Source: a virus. Taken from it: DNA of 37,101 nucleotides. The position numbers were made by a program, and so were the translations under genes. The stretch lies in IMG/VR virus record IMGVR_UViG_3300021256_000038. One strand, given 5' to 3'. Below are positions 1-7,924 of the stretch, in pieces (within the stretch, counting starts at the first letter, position 1; the number at the start of each line of letters is the position of its first letter). The notes below the pieces were generated by a model that saw nothing but the letters and a program-made list of their open reading frames with translations, was not told where the DNA came from and ran no database searches.

Positions 1-127
1 ACATCGTCCATGCCACCTGCATTCTTGATTGTCCAATAAATCATTGATGCATCGTCCAAATCATTAGCGAAACCAGAACGAATCAAATCGTAAGCGTCTA
101 TTTCATCACGTCTGCCATGTAGTTCAC
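1..127. repeat. Left copy of an exact 127-bp terminal duplication (identical to 36975-37101). This is a circular-assembly overlap.
   Basis: The string acatcgtccatgccacctgc...ctgccatgtagttcac is read at both window ends. It lies inside the portal reading frame, so it cannot be a physical genome end. Confidence 0.9.
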
Positions 128-842
128 TCAAATGCTTTGTATTTCCCCATAGTGGCACGACAGGGAAAGATGGATAATTCTCATAGTTATAAATAATATC
201 GCCGTCCACATCATGCAATACATCAATCTTATAGGCTCTCTTGTCAGCAACAATACTCCATTCGCCTTTCTTACGCTTGAAATCTGTATAGCCATCTAAT
301 TCAAATAGCGTAACCCTCAACGGCTTATTGTCTGCAACCTGCCAGAACCTTACACCTGCTTTCAATCCTCCGTCTTCTTCGTCCCATAACGGAGCAAACT
401 CCAAGGCACTAAATACTTCTACATGGTCATAATTAAAGAAATTATAAGACACTCCATGCACCAACGCATTCATGCCAGATGATTGTAATTTAATGTCGAA
501 ATCATCTCCACCTAATTTCTCTTTGGTTGTTTCATCATTAAACACAACACCATTGCCTAATAAATACTGATTTTCCTGTGTTACAAACCTATTGAAATAA
601 TTTGATGCACACTTGTAATTTGCACTGTAATTGTCTACAACTGCTTTACCTGTAACTGTATACAACAGCTTTTTATATTCTCTGATTGTAACATTGTCCT
701 GTCTGTTGTAGGAATCAGCAATAACAGCCTCTTTATAGAAAGAGCTTGATTTATACTCTACGATAACGCCATTAATAAACTGTGTAATGTCCTTGAAACT
801 TCTGTTTTCACCCAAAGCTAATAAATCTTGATACGTTTTCAT
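1..842 (-). CDS. Portal protein, N-terminal part (SPP1 gp6-type). The ORF runs off the left edge and continues at 36446-36974.
   Basis: ATG at 842-840 with GGAGG at 852-848. Hand translation MKTYQDLLALGENRSFKDITQF...LHGRRDEIDAYDLIRSGFANDLDDASMIYWTIKNAGGMDDV has no stop down to base 1. It joins the track ORF 36446..37060 in frame through the overlap. Joined length is 1371 nt, 456 aa. Confidence 0.85.
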   Translation of the reverse strand, partial: MKTYQDLLALGENRSFKDITQFINGVIVEYKSSSFYKEAVIADSYNRQDNVTIREYKKLLYTVTGKAVVDNYSANYKCASNYFNRFVTQENQYLLGNGVVFNDETTKEKLGGDDFDIKLQSSGMNALVHGVSYNFFNYDHVEVFSALEFAPLWDEEDGGLKAGVRFWQVADNKPLRVTLFELDGYTDFKRKKGEWSIVADKRAYKIDVLHDVDGDIIYNYENYPSFPVVPLWGNTKHLSELHGRRDEIDAYDLIRSGFANDLDDASMIYWTIKNAGGMDD

Positions 843-851
843 ATTGACCTC

Positions 852-3053
852 CTATTTCTTTTTCTTCATGATTCTTGCCAAGCATGCCGCACTATCACAA
901 TTCGATACTAATACACCATTTGCATAATAACAGCCTGCCTTCTCAACTGTGAGATTGTACACGGGCATAATATCGTTGTTTGCATAATGATGAACAGAAT
1001 TTATGTTTTGCTGACTTTGCTGTAAATGTGTTTCCGCAACATGCACATTGCTTTTCACATGGAGTGAATTTAAGCCCAATTCTTCTACGTCTTGCCTTTT
1101 GTTGGCAATTAACGCAACAAAATCTTTGCGTTTTTGTTGCAAGAAATTCTTTACCGCAAAATTCACAAATCTTAGGTGTTTCGTGTTTGCTCGCTTTGAG
1201 AATTGATTCTGCTGAATGTTTTCTATGCCATTCTCTGCCTTCTTCTGATTTATGCCATTCTTTTGCTTTTTCTCCTGCTTGAAGTAATTGTTCTTTGTTA
1301 CGTTCTCGATAATCTTCATTTTGCATATTTCTTTTAGCGTGCATCGACAGATGTTCCCTAGCTGATATACACTCCAGATTGCTGATGTCGTTATTGTCGA
1401 CATCACCATCAATATGATGTATGTGATAGCCTTTAGGAATTTCTCCATTGTAATATTCCCACACTGCTCTATGAAGCTGTCTGGCATTTTTTCTTTCTGC
1501 GTTTTTGGTTGTGTACTTGAAATAATATCGGCTCTTTGGATTTCTGATATAGGTTTCTCCATTGAATACAATAGTCTTTTTTTCCATGATAGTAACCTCC
1601 TTAATCCTATTGTATCAATTCTATCCGCACTATTCAAGCTATCCGCTGTTTTAAAGCCTTGATTATAAGTAAAAAATTTATGGTCATGCGTTGCATTTAC
1701 GCCATAATAATTACCTACTTTCTTATATCCTGTTATTCCTGCAAACGTCACTTTCCTAATTCCTGCTGGTGTTATTACATATTCTCCTATCTTTATATCT
1801 TTTATGGGTTTATTGCCTGTCAATGTCGCAATCATAGTGTTACCGTCTAAACATGCATCATCATGTTCTGCATTTTCGGTGTAATCTTCTATCTGCTTGA
1901 TATATTCTTCATCAGTTCCCTCAACAAATACAACCTCTTTCCATATTGCCTTAAGACACGTTGTTATCTTTATATGCTTGTTCATATCTTCATGGTACGT
2001 GACAACTTTCATGCCATAGGTCTTTCTCATTGCTTTTGCGACTAGTCCTTTATCAGCATTCTTTTCATTGTACAGCTTTCCTACCAATAAATAATCATAC
2101 CACCTCTTAATATCACTATAACAATCTTCTACATGCTTTCGCCATATTTTTCCAAAAACATAATATTTTCCATCGTGCTTCTGCATGACTGTTAAAGCTG
2201 TATAATCTTCTCCATAAAAGGCACTGTCCACATGAGCCAATCCATTCATGACAGCTGATGTGTCTGCTCTCTCTTTCTTAGGTTCAAAGATAACATCACT
2301 GTCGGCTCTATGCTTTAATTCATAGTTCGCACTAAACAATGACAAATCCATATGGTCTTTCTTGTATTGGATTTCTTCATCAGTAAGTAGCCCTGTTGTA
2401 TAACAATCATACTTTTTTGGTTTAGGCATCTTTGTAAAGGCATCATCTTTATGCCAAGGCGTACCTGTATTGAAAATACGTCCTGTCTCAATCTTGATGT
2501 TCTGCAATTCATCATAGATACGCTTAGTATGTTCTCTTTCTTTCTTTGAATATCTATCAGAGATGTTAACAATATCATCTGTAAATATCCTGTCGTAATG
2601 CTTTCCTGTTATCGAGGTATTCATACCTTTAGCAGTTAATTGGCATGTACCTCGTGGTCCATTAGCCAAATTGGTAGATAATTCATAGGCACTCTCTTTT
2701 GTAAGGTAGAAATCACAGCCGTATAACATTCTAACAAGATAGATGGTAAATGGATTCTTAATCATCTTCTTTACCTGTGCGATGATTTCTTTCACATCAT
2801 CATCGGTCTTACGCATGAACATGGTAGTGTCGTTTGGATAAAGAATAATAATAAGCAAAAAGGCGATAGATACGCATGTAGTCTTATAAGAACCACGATG
2901 TGCCTGTAACGTATCATCACCTTTGCCATATACCATGTCTTGAATCCATTTGTTATGAAGTTTCTTCTTTAGTTTTGTGAAACCTAATTCATGTGCAAGT
3001 GCAACAGGATTATCACGCAACTGTTTTAAAATCTTCTTCTGAATGGCATTCAT
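852..3053 (-). CDS. terL: Terminase large subunit precursor (400-aa N-extein, 318-aa intein, 15-aa C-extein).
   Basis: 733-aa ORF. ATPase motifs are HRGSYKTT (Walker A-like), RIFTDD (Walker B) and NTGTPW. Nuclease aspartates are HVDSAF and EHDDA. The frame is interrupted by CLDGNTM...VLVSN and resumes as CDSAACLARIM. The spliced size of 415 aa is typical for TerL. Confidence 0.9.
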   Translation of the reverse strand: MNAIQKKILKQLRDNPVALAHELGFTKLKKKLHNKWIQDMVYGKGDDTLQAHRGSYKTTCVSIAFLLIIILYPNDTTMFMRKTDDDVKEIIAQVKKMIKNPFTIYLVRMLYGCDFYLTKESAYELSTNLANGPRGTCQLTAKGMNTSITGKHYDRIFTDDIVNISDRYSKKEREHTKRIYDELQNIKIETGRIFNTGTPWHKDDAFTKMPKPKKYDCYTTGLLTDEEIQYKKDHMDLSLFSANYELKHRADSDVIFEPKKERADTSAVMNGLAHVDSAFYGEDYTALTVMQKHDGKYYVFGKIWRKHVEDCYSDIKRWYDYLLVGKLYNEKNADKGLVAKAMRKTYGMKVVTYHEDMNKHIKITTCLKAIWKEVVFVEGTDEEYIKQIEDYTENAEHDDACLDGNTMIATLTGNKPIKDIKIGEYVITPAGIRKVTFAGITGYKKVGNYYGVNATHDHKFFTYNQGFKTADSLNSADRIDTIGLRRLLSWKKRLLYSMEKPISEIQRADIISSTQPKTQKEKMPDSFIEQCGNITMEKFLKAITYIILMVMSTITTSAIWSVYQLGNICRCTLKEICKMKIIENVTKNNYFKQEKKQKNGINQKKAENGIENIQQNQFSKRANTKHLRFVNFAVKNFLQQKRKDFVALIANKRQDVEELGLNSLHVKSNVHVAETHLQQSQQNINSVHHYANNDIMPVYNLTVEKAGCYYANGVLVSNCDSAACLARIMKKKK
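900..1853 (-). mobile_element. Intein (Hint domain) inserted in the C-terminal nuclease motif of TerL.
   Basis: Block A is C-LDGNTMIATLTG (Cys1 codon 1853-1851). Block B is NATHDHKF (TxxH). Blocks F/G are VYNLTVEKAGCYYANGVLVSN (Asn codon 902-900), followed by the +1 Cys. The exteins rejoin to EHDDA-CDSAA, resembling the conserved hDDxxD nuclease motif. Confidence 0.85.
943..1587 (-). CDS. Free-standing HNH homing endonuclease nested inside the intein in a different reading frame.
   Basis: 214 aa with the HNH core HIHHIDGDVDNNDISNLECISAREH plus C-terminal CxxC zinc-ribbon pairs (CEFCG, CVNC, CACCG). It has its own ATG at 1587 and GGAGG at 1600-1596 with an 8-nt spacer. There is an in-frame TGA 9 codons upstream of the ATG. 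Confidence 0.85.
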   Translation of the reverse strand: MEKKTIVFNGETYIRNPKSRYYFKYTTKNAERKNARQLHRAVWEYYNGEIPKGYHIHHIDGDVDNNDISNLECISAREHLSMHAKRNMQNEDYRERNKEQLLQAGEKAKEWHKSEEGREWHRKHSAESILKASKHETPKICEFCGKEFLATKTQRFCCVNCQQKARRRRIGLKFTPCEKQCACCGNTFTAKSAKHKFCSSLCKQRYYARVQSHS

Positions 3054-3055
3054 GA

Positions 3056-3412
3056 TTATTCCTCTAGGAACTTAGTAAATTCTTCTTGTACTTCATCACT
3101 AATATTGACGTTTGTATTTTCTACCTTATCAGTCTGTCCTAAGTACTGTTTGCCTAGCCAAATTAACATAGGAGTATTACCTCCCATTGCAACCTCAAAC
3201 TGCTTACGTCTCAATGAAATTTTTCCTTTGCCAGAGAATCTTTTAAAGCATTCGGAAAAATCCATCTTATACGTTCTTTTGCACCATTTGACTAGCGTTT
3301 TATCTGTTGTGTTAAAGAATGTACATATTTCACTTTGCGTACACATCAACCCACATAGATTTTCAAAATCTTTTTTATCGAAATCCTTTTGGGGTCTGCC
3401 TGCTTTAGCCAT
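3056..3412 (-). CDS. terS: Terminase small subunit (HTH type).
   Basis: 118 aa. The N-terminus is AKAGRPQKDF, with an HTH-like CTQSEICTFFNTTDKTLVKWCK, then GGNTPMLIWLGKQYLGQ, which is typical of small terminases. It sits immediately upstream of terL. Confidence 0.75.
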   Translation of the reverse strand: MAKAGRPQKDFDKKDFENLCGLMCTQSEICTFFNTTDKTLVKWCKRTYKMDFSECFKRFSGKGKISLRRKQFEVAMGGNTPMLIWLGKQYLGQTDKVENTNVNISDEVQEEFTKFLEE

Positions 3413-3464
3413 TTTAAATCACCTCGCTACTTCGTAGATTATCAAAGCAATAGTTTGGATTGAC

Positions 3465-3938
3465 CTATTTTTTTAGTTTTTTCAATACATCAATGGTCTT
3501 TTCTTCTGCCATGATTACATCATCAAACTTTCGCATTAACTCGACAATTTGCAATTGTGTCATTATATCTTCGTGCAATTCAATTTCAAAGAAAGAGAAA
3601 TCTGCCATTTGTATATTGATTGTACTTTGATAATTTGCTAAAAATTTTGGAACCGACCTTTCCAATGCAATTTTAAAATATTCAGGAACAACTTCAATTT
3701 TCGGTAAAATCACTGCATTTTTAGTTTCTATATAATTGTCGGAAGTTAACATATTTATTTGTCCATGCGTTGCGGAGACTTTGATATAACACGTTCCTTT
3801 CTGATATATTTGATTACGCTTAGCTCTCTGTACGTCTGCAATTTCAGTTAATTTATATTCTTTAGTTGTCAAATTCAAACTCCAACACCTCTTGTTTCCA
3901 CTTTCTTTGAGCACCTGTAACTGATTGCTTATACTCAC
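3465..3938 (-). CDS. hsdS: Type I HsdS-like specificity half-subunit (one target-recognition domain plus a conserved helix). The start is uncertain.
   Basis: TRD-like EYKLTEIADVQRAK...AVILPKIEVVPEYFKIAL, followed by a conserved-region helix HEDIMTQLQIVELMRKFDDVIMAEEKTIDVLKKLKK. A GTG start at 3938 overlaps the MTase 3' end by 77 nt. Confidence 0.65.
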   Translation of the reverse strand: MSISNQLQVLKESGNKRCWSLNLTTKEYKLTEIADVQRAKRNQIYQKGTCYIKVSATHGQINMLTSDNYIETKNAVILPKIEVVPEYFKIALERSVPKFLANYQSTINIQMADFSFFEIELHEDIMTQLQIVELMRKFDDVIMAEEKTIDVLKKLKK

Positions 3939-5133
3939 GCACTCCCTTTTTTAGTTTTGAGTCTGATTCAAATGTGGTTCCATGCATTTCTCTAATCATA
4001 TCCAACAATGCTTTTTTTGTCTTAAAACATTCATCTTCTAACATTGCCAGCTCCTGCATAGTTTCAACAAAATCAGGTATCGGCTCTGGAATGTAAGTAT
4101 CTACATATCTTGGAATATTTAAATTGCTTTCGTTTTTTTCAATTTCTTCAAACGTTGCAACATGGGTGAATCGCTTTATATCGGTACGAGATTTATAAGC
4201 ATTAATTATACGTGTTAAATTTTTATCCCGAATTATATTTTTTTGTTTAACCTTTTCGGCTTCATCTTTTGCGTCAATAAAATATACGTCCGAATCAGTT
4301 CGCCCTTTTTCAATTTCAATGACACAAGTAGGTATGTCGGTATTAATAAAAAGTTTATTAGGTAATCCAATTATCGTGCGAATCAAATTTTTTTGCAACA
4401 TCAATTGTCTGAACTTTTTTTCTTTATTGCTTCTAAACAACACGCCGTGTGGCAAAATGAACGCACATTTTCCTTTGTCTTTTAAAATTGATAGTGCAAA
4501 TGCAACAAACACAAAGTCCGCAAAGTTTGTCGGTAGCATATCAGCAAACTGTGGGAATCTGTTATCATTCTTCGGATTATATTTCATTGAATATGGTGGA
4601 TTGCTGATAACAGCGTCCACCTTAATTTGTGGAATTTCAATAACCTGTCTCACATTTGAAAAGTGTTCACTAGGTGTAACTTCATATGTTTCAAATGTTT
4701 CACCTGTCAGCAAATCAGCACGATAAACAATAGCATTTATGTTTCTGATTGACAAATTGAATAGTAACAAAGGTATCGCACGACTGCTCAATTCGTAGCA
4801 TATGAATTTTGATGATTTATTATGATTCCAAACACCAATTGTTAAACCACCTGTGCCAGCACACACATCGGCTATTACACCAGCTTTTTCTATAATTTGT
4901 GATAATAAACCACAAACTTCTGGTGGTGTAAAACACTGTGCCATTTTGCTTTTATTGGCATGTTCTTCTTCAAAATATTCTGTAAACCAATCATGATTTA
5001 GAGATTCGCCTAACTGCATGAATTGGTTGTAAATTGGTGTCATATCTTCGTTGAGTATTTTATGCAACAAGACACCAGGCAATTGAAAACTTTCTTGAAT
5101 CCCAAATATATGATTTATGTCTGCTGATTTCAT
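3862..5133 (-). CDS. hsdM: N6-adenine DNA methyltransferase, type I HsdM-like (gamma class), short form.
   Basis: 423 aa. The SAM motif is DVCAGTGGL, the catalytic motif is NPPYSMKY, and the HsdM-like C-terminal motif is NLNIPRYVD. Confidence 0.85.
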   Translation of the reverse strand: MKSADINHIFGIQESFQLPGVLLHKILNEDMTPIYNQFMQLGESLNHDWFTEYFEEEHANKSKMAQCFTPPEVCGLLSQIIEKAGVIADVCAGTGGLTIGVWNHNKSSKFICYELSSRAIPLLLFNLSIRNINAIVYRADLLTGETFETYEVTPSEHFSNVRQVIEIPQIKVDAVISNPPYSMKYNPKNDNRFPQFADMLPTNFADFVFVAFALSILKDKGKCAFILPHGVLFRSNKEKKFRQLMLQKNLIRTIIGLPNKLFINTDIPTCVIEIEKGRTDSDVYFIDAKDEAEKVKQKNIIRDKNLTRIINAYKSRTDIKRFTHVATFEEIEKNESNLNIPRYVDTYIPEPIPDFVETMQELAMLEDECFKTKKALLDMIREMHGTTFESDSKLKKGVREYKQSVTGAQRKWKQEVLEFEFDN

Positions 5134-5934
5134 TTACCATTTTCCTCCATAGTGTACTTTAGTTAAATTACACGCTTTAGCATTATTTCTGTATTCCTTT
5201 AATGACTGCGTTCCAAGTTCAATTCGACCCATAAGGAACACAACTTTGTCCGCATCCTTTGACGTGGCAATCAACTCCAGCATAGATTTCTTAATATTTT
5301 TCAGCTTTTCCAGCTTACGCTGATGAAGGGTGATAAGGTTGTCGATTCTCTCAAAATACTCGCCCAGCTTAATTTGTTCTTCCATTGATGGATAGGAAAC
5401 TGTAGTACCACCAACAAGCTCTTTGTTGAGGTTATTAACGGTACTTCCTGCTGCCATAGCTTTGTATTGTGAAAGCATATTATCTGTGCCGAGAAGTATG
5501 CATAAAAACTTCAAATCGAAGTTCTTATGAGTATCACGAATAGCAAGCCAACCATCGTGAATGCACCCATTTATCGCCATTATATAAGGTCTACCAAAGC
5601 TCATTGAATTGGATAAAATCAAATCACCCGGGTGTACTTCTCTTGTTTTTGAAAGACCCTCAGGTCTAATTTTTTCTGCTGTCTGCGTTATATAGTTTCC
5701 CTGCTCCGGAGCATCACCAATCTTAACCCAATTTAACCCATTTTCATCTTTAGTAATAAATTTATCTATTGGTCTTGGAGAACCTCCACGCTCTATTGTG
5801 ACAAGTTCAGAAAACTTACGCTGTTCCCAATCGTCAGTAAATCCTTCAAATCTAATTTCAGGAACTTTTGCTCCCTCACGAGGAAACATTTTTTCGAGCA
5901 TGGATAAATTTAAATCTTTGTCTTTATGATACAT
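5134..5934 (-). CDS. hsdS: Type I HsdS-like specificity half-subunit (TRD1, central conserved region and a truncated tail).
   Basis: 266 aa. The TRD reads WEQRKFSELVTIERGGSPRP...GDLILSNSMSFGRPYI...IHDGWL. The conserved region reads SMEEQIKLGEYFERIDNLITLHQRKLEKLKNIKKSML. The stop directly abuts the MTase ATG. Confidence 0.8.
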   Translation of the reverse strand: MYHKDKDLNLSMLEKMFPREGAKVPEIRFEGFTDDWEQRKFSELVTIERGGSPRPIDKFITKDENGLNWVKIGDAPEQGNYITQTAEKIRPEGLSKTREVHPGDLILSNSMSFGRPYIMAINGCIHDGWLAIRDTHKNFDLKFLCILLGTDNMLSQYKAMAAGSTVNNLNKELVGGTTVSYPSMEEQIKLGEYFERIDNLITLHQRKLEKLKNIKKSMLELIATSKDADKVVFLMGRIELGTQSLKEYRNNAKACNLTKVHYGGKW

Positions 5935-5985
5935 AGCTTTCTAAATCTCCTACATCGATTTCATCATAGTTATCTTTAACACTCT

Positions 5986-6543
5986 TTACATCTCCTTTTG
6001 GTCAGTAGAACCAAATCCACCATTTCTAACCTGCTTATCATCTTTTGAATCATCATCTGTTAACAGGTAATTCATAAAGATACCTTGCATGTAGGCATCA
6101 CCACTATTTAAATATAATTCCTTGTGTTCTACACCTTTTGTAAACTTGCACCACATATGTCCCTCATTATCGCTGTAATAATAATCAGAATCAATAACGC
6201 CAATAGTGTTATCCAACTGCAATCTATACTTAAATCCTAGAGAAGAACGTGGGAATAACAACAATACTACATTCTTAGGCATTTCAACTCTGATGCCTGT
6301 TGGAAATTTAAGTGTCTGATAACATTCAGAACTGCTTGATATATGCAACATAAATGGGCTAAAGAAATCATAGCCTGCTGAACCATCAGTTGCCCTTTTA
6401 GGCAACTTAATATTATCATAAATATCTTTTATGTTTTCTTCTGAATCATCAAAACTATCCCAATCCTTTAACGCTTTCAATACATCTTCCTTAAATTGCT
6501 CATAGCTTACTTTTTCAAACTTAATCACTTTTTTACCTCTCAT
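5986..6543 (-). CDS. dut: dUTP diphosphatase (trimeric dUTPase) with an N-terminal extension of about 45 aa.
   Basis: Motifs seen are GSAGYDF, PRSSLGFK, GVIDSDYY and RNGGFGSTD. Confidence 0.9.
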   Translation of the reverse strand: MRGKKVIKFEKVSYEQFKEDVLKALKDWDSFDDSEENIKDIYDNIKLPKRATDGSAGYDFFSPFMLHISSSSECYQTLKFPTGIRVEMPKNVVLLLFPRSSLGFKYRLQLDNTIGVIDSDYYYSDNEGHMWCKFTKGVEHKELYLNSGDAYMQGIFMNYLLTDDDSKDDKQVRNGGFGSTDQKEM

Positions 6544-6573
6544 TCGTTAATTTTTCTATATTAATTATATCAT

Positions 6574-6619
6574 AAATTGCACTAAAATTGCACATTTATT
6601 TCATTCTGTTAAATTTGCA
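6574..6619. promoter_or_regulatory. Three AAATTGCA-type boxes (6574-6582, 6585-6593, 6611-6619) in the divergent control region. Putative operator sites.
   Basis: aaattgcac occurs twice, 11 bp apart, and aaatttgca once. Boxes 2 and 3 coincide with the -35 and -10 of the putative plus-strand promoter. Confidence 0.4.
6588..6615 (+). promoter_or_regulatory. Putative promoter of the plus-strand cassette (TTGCAC, 16-nt spacer, TGtTAAATT extended -10).
   Basis: The -35 ttgcac is at 6588-6593. The extended -10 tgt+taaatt is at 6607-6615. It lies about 25 nt upstream of the GGAGGTG RBS of the first cassette gene. Confidence 0.45.
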
Positions 6620-6652
6620 AAGAATATATAATTATAGTCGGAGGTGATAATA

Positions 6653-6994
6653 ATGTGGAATAACAATTACTTCAATCCATATCAAAATTATATGACACCA
6701 CAGACCAATACGCAAAAGCTAGAAATTGTTAGGGTCAACGGAAGAAATGGAGCAGAGACATTTCAGATGCCACCAAACAGTTCTACGTTGCTTTTAGATG
6801 AAAGCAATCCTGTTGTATGGCTATGTACAACAGATGGTGCTGGGTATAAGACTATTACACCTTATAATGTAACACCCTATAAAGACCCTAAAGAAATCAA
6901 TTTTTCATCATTGGAAGAAAGAATAAAGAAATTGGAGGAAATAGTAAATGATAAATCCCATTCTAAAGACGTTGTCAATGACACAGGGGCATAA
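6653..6994 (+). CDS. Hypothetical protein, cassette gene A (N/Q/Y-rich N-terminus).
   Basis: ATG at 6653, six nt after GGAGGTG. The track starts at GTG 6644. The 113-aa product begins MWNNNYFNPYQNYMTPQ. I recognise no family. Confidence 0.7.
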   Translation: MWNNNYFNPYQNYMTPQTNTQKLEIVRVNGRNGAETFQMPPNSSTLLLDESNPVVWLCTTDGAGYKTITPYNVTPYKDPKEINFSSLEERIKKLEEIVNDKSHSKDVVNDTGA

Positions 6995-7205
6995 TAATTT
7001 GAATCAGATTAAAAGCATGGTAAACATGTTAAAATCTGCAAATGATCCACAAGCAATGTTAAATAACCTAATGAACCAGAACCCACAATTTAAAGGGGTT
7101 ATGGACTATATCAACCAGAATGGTGGGGACCCAAAAAAGGCATTTTATGACCTTGCTGAAAAGAACGGAATTGACCCACAGGAGATATTAAACATGCTTA
7201 AATAA
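6948..7205 (+). CDS. Hypothetical small N/Q-rich helical protein, cassette gene B.
   Basis: 85 aa with RBS GGAGGAA 7 nt upstream of the ATG. It overlaps gene A by 47 nt. I recognise no family. Confidence 0.6.
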   Translation: MINPILKTLSMTQGHNNLNQIKSMVNMLKSANDPQAMLNNLMNQNPQFKGVMDYINQNGGDPKKAFYDLAEKNGIDPQEILNMLK

Positions 7206-7241
7206 TCGATTATTTATATAGATGAAAGGAGAAGATTAATT

Positions 7242-7889
7242 ATGGATAACGGTTCAATTACACCTGTATTGCCTGTTGGAACAGGTACAGACGGCTTTGG
7301 TGGAGGTAACGCATTTATCTGGATTTTCGGATTGCTTATTTTAATGTCTATGTTCAATGGTGGTTTTGGAAATAACGGTGGCTATCACCCACAATATGCT
7401 ACACAGCAGGACGTACAGTACACTTCACAGTTTGCACAGCTATTAGATGGAAATAGAGACATTGTAAACAACATTACAAACGGTACTGCACAGGCAGTAG
7501 CTACAACTAATCAGGCCAAGTATGACACAATCAACGTGGCTAAAGACATTCAATCTAATTTAATGGCTAATCAGTCCGAAATTAAGGTAGGACAGGCTAA
7601 TGCTTTAGCTAAAATGAATGAATGTTGCTGTAACACATTAAGAGCGATTGATAATGTAAATTATACTAATGCCATGAATACAGCTTCAATTAACGAAAAT
7701 ACTACTGCACAGACACAGAAAATTCTTGATGCTATCACATCAAACAGAATGGCTGATATGCAGAACCAGATTAATGCTTTACAATTACAGTCTGCAACTA
7801 GCAATGTATTGAGATTCCCTAATGCGTGGACATTCAACGGTGGTTATTTCCCTCCATTAACTCCACCTACAACAACTACTAACGGATAG
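7242..7889 (+). CDS. Hypothetical membrane-anchored protein, cassette gene C.
   Basis: 215 aa with RBS AAAGGAGAAG. It has a Gly-rich TM segment GGGNAFIWIFGLLILMSMFNGGFGNNGG, a long N/Q/T/A-rich region, a CCC triplet and a Pro/Thr tail PPLTPPTTTTNG. Confidence 0.7.
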   Translation: MDNGSITPVLPVGTGTDGFGGGNAFIWIFGLLILMSMFNGGFGNNGGYHPQYATQQDVQYTSQFAQLLDGNRDIVNNITNGTAQAVATTNQAKYDTINVAKDIQSNLMANQSEIKVGQANALAKMNECCCNTLRAIDNVNYTNAMNTASINENTTAQTQKILDAITSNRMADMQNQINALQLQSATSNVLRFPNAWTFNGGYFPPLTPPTTTTNG

Positions 7890-7895
7890 GAGGAC

Positions 7896-7924
7896 ATAGA
7901 GGTGGCTAATGCCATCTCTATTTT
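7896..7924 (+). terminator. Hairpin plus short T-run between cassette genes C and D. Putative internal terminator or attenuator.
   Basis: atagaggtggc-taat-gccatctctat forms an 11-bp stem with one G-U pair and is followed by tttt. It starts 7 nt after the gene C stop codon. Confidence 0.45.

Noticed and set aside
980-2045. Four plus-strand ORFs (60-100 aa) antisense to terL, the intein and the HNH gene.
   Set aside because: They have no SD sequences and are antisense to two overlapping coding frames. Their hydrophobic, low-complexity translations are typical of the antisense of AT-rich genes.
852-3053. The TerL insertion interpreted as a group I/II intron carrying an HNH ORF, or as a terL gene split by a free-standing endonuclease.
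   Set aside because: The TerL frame is uninterrupted from 3053 to 852. The insertion is bounded by Hint blocks A, B and F/G, with a Cys at +1. An intron or split gene would not need, and would not be expected to keep, an open host frame.
3105-3437. A 110-aa plus-strand ORF antisense to terS.
   Set aside because: It is antisense to a recognisable small terminase, has no RBS, and would be isolated on the plus strand with no promoter.
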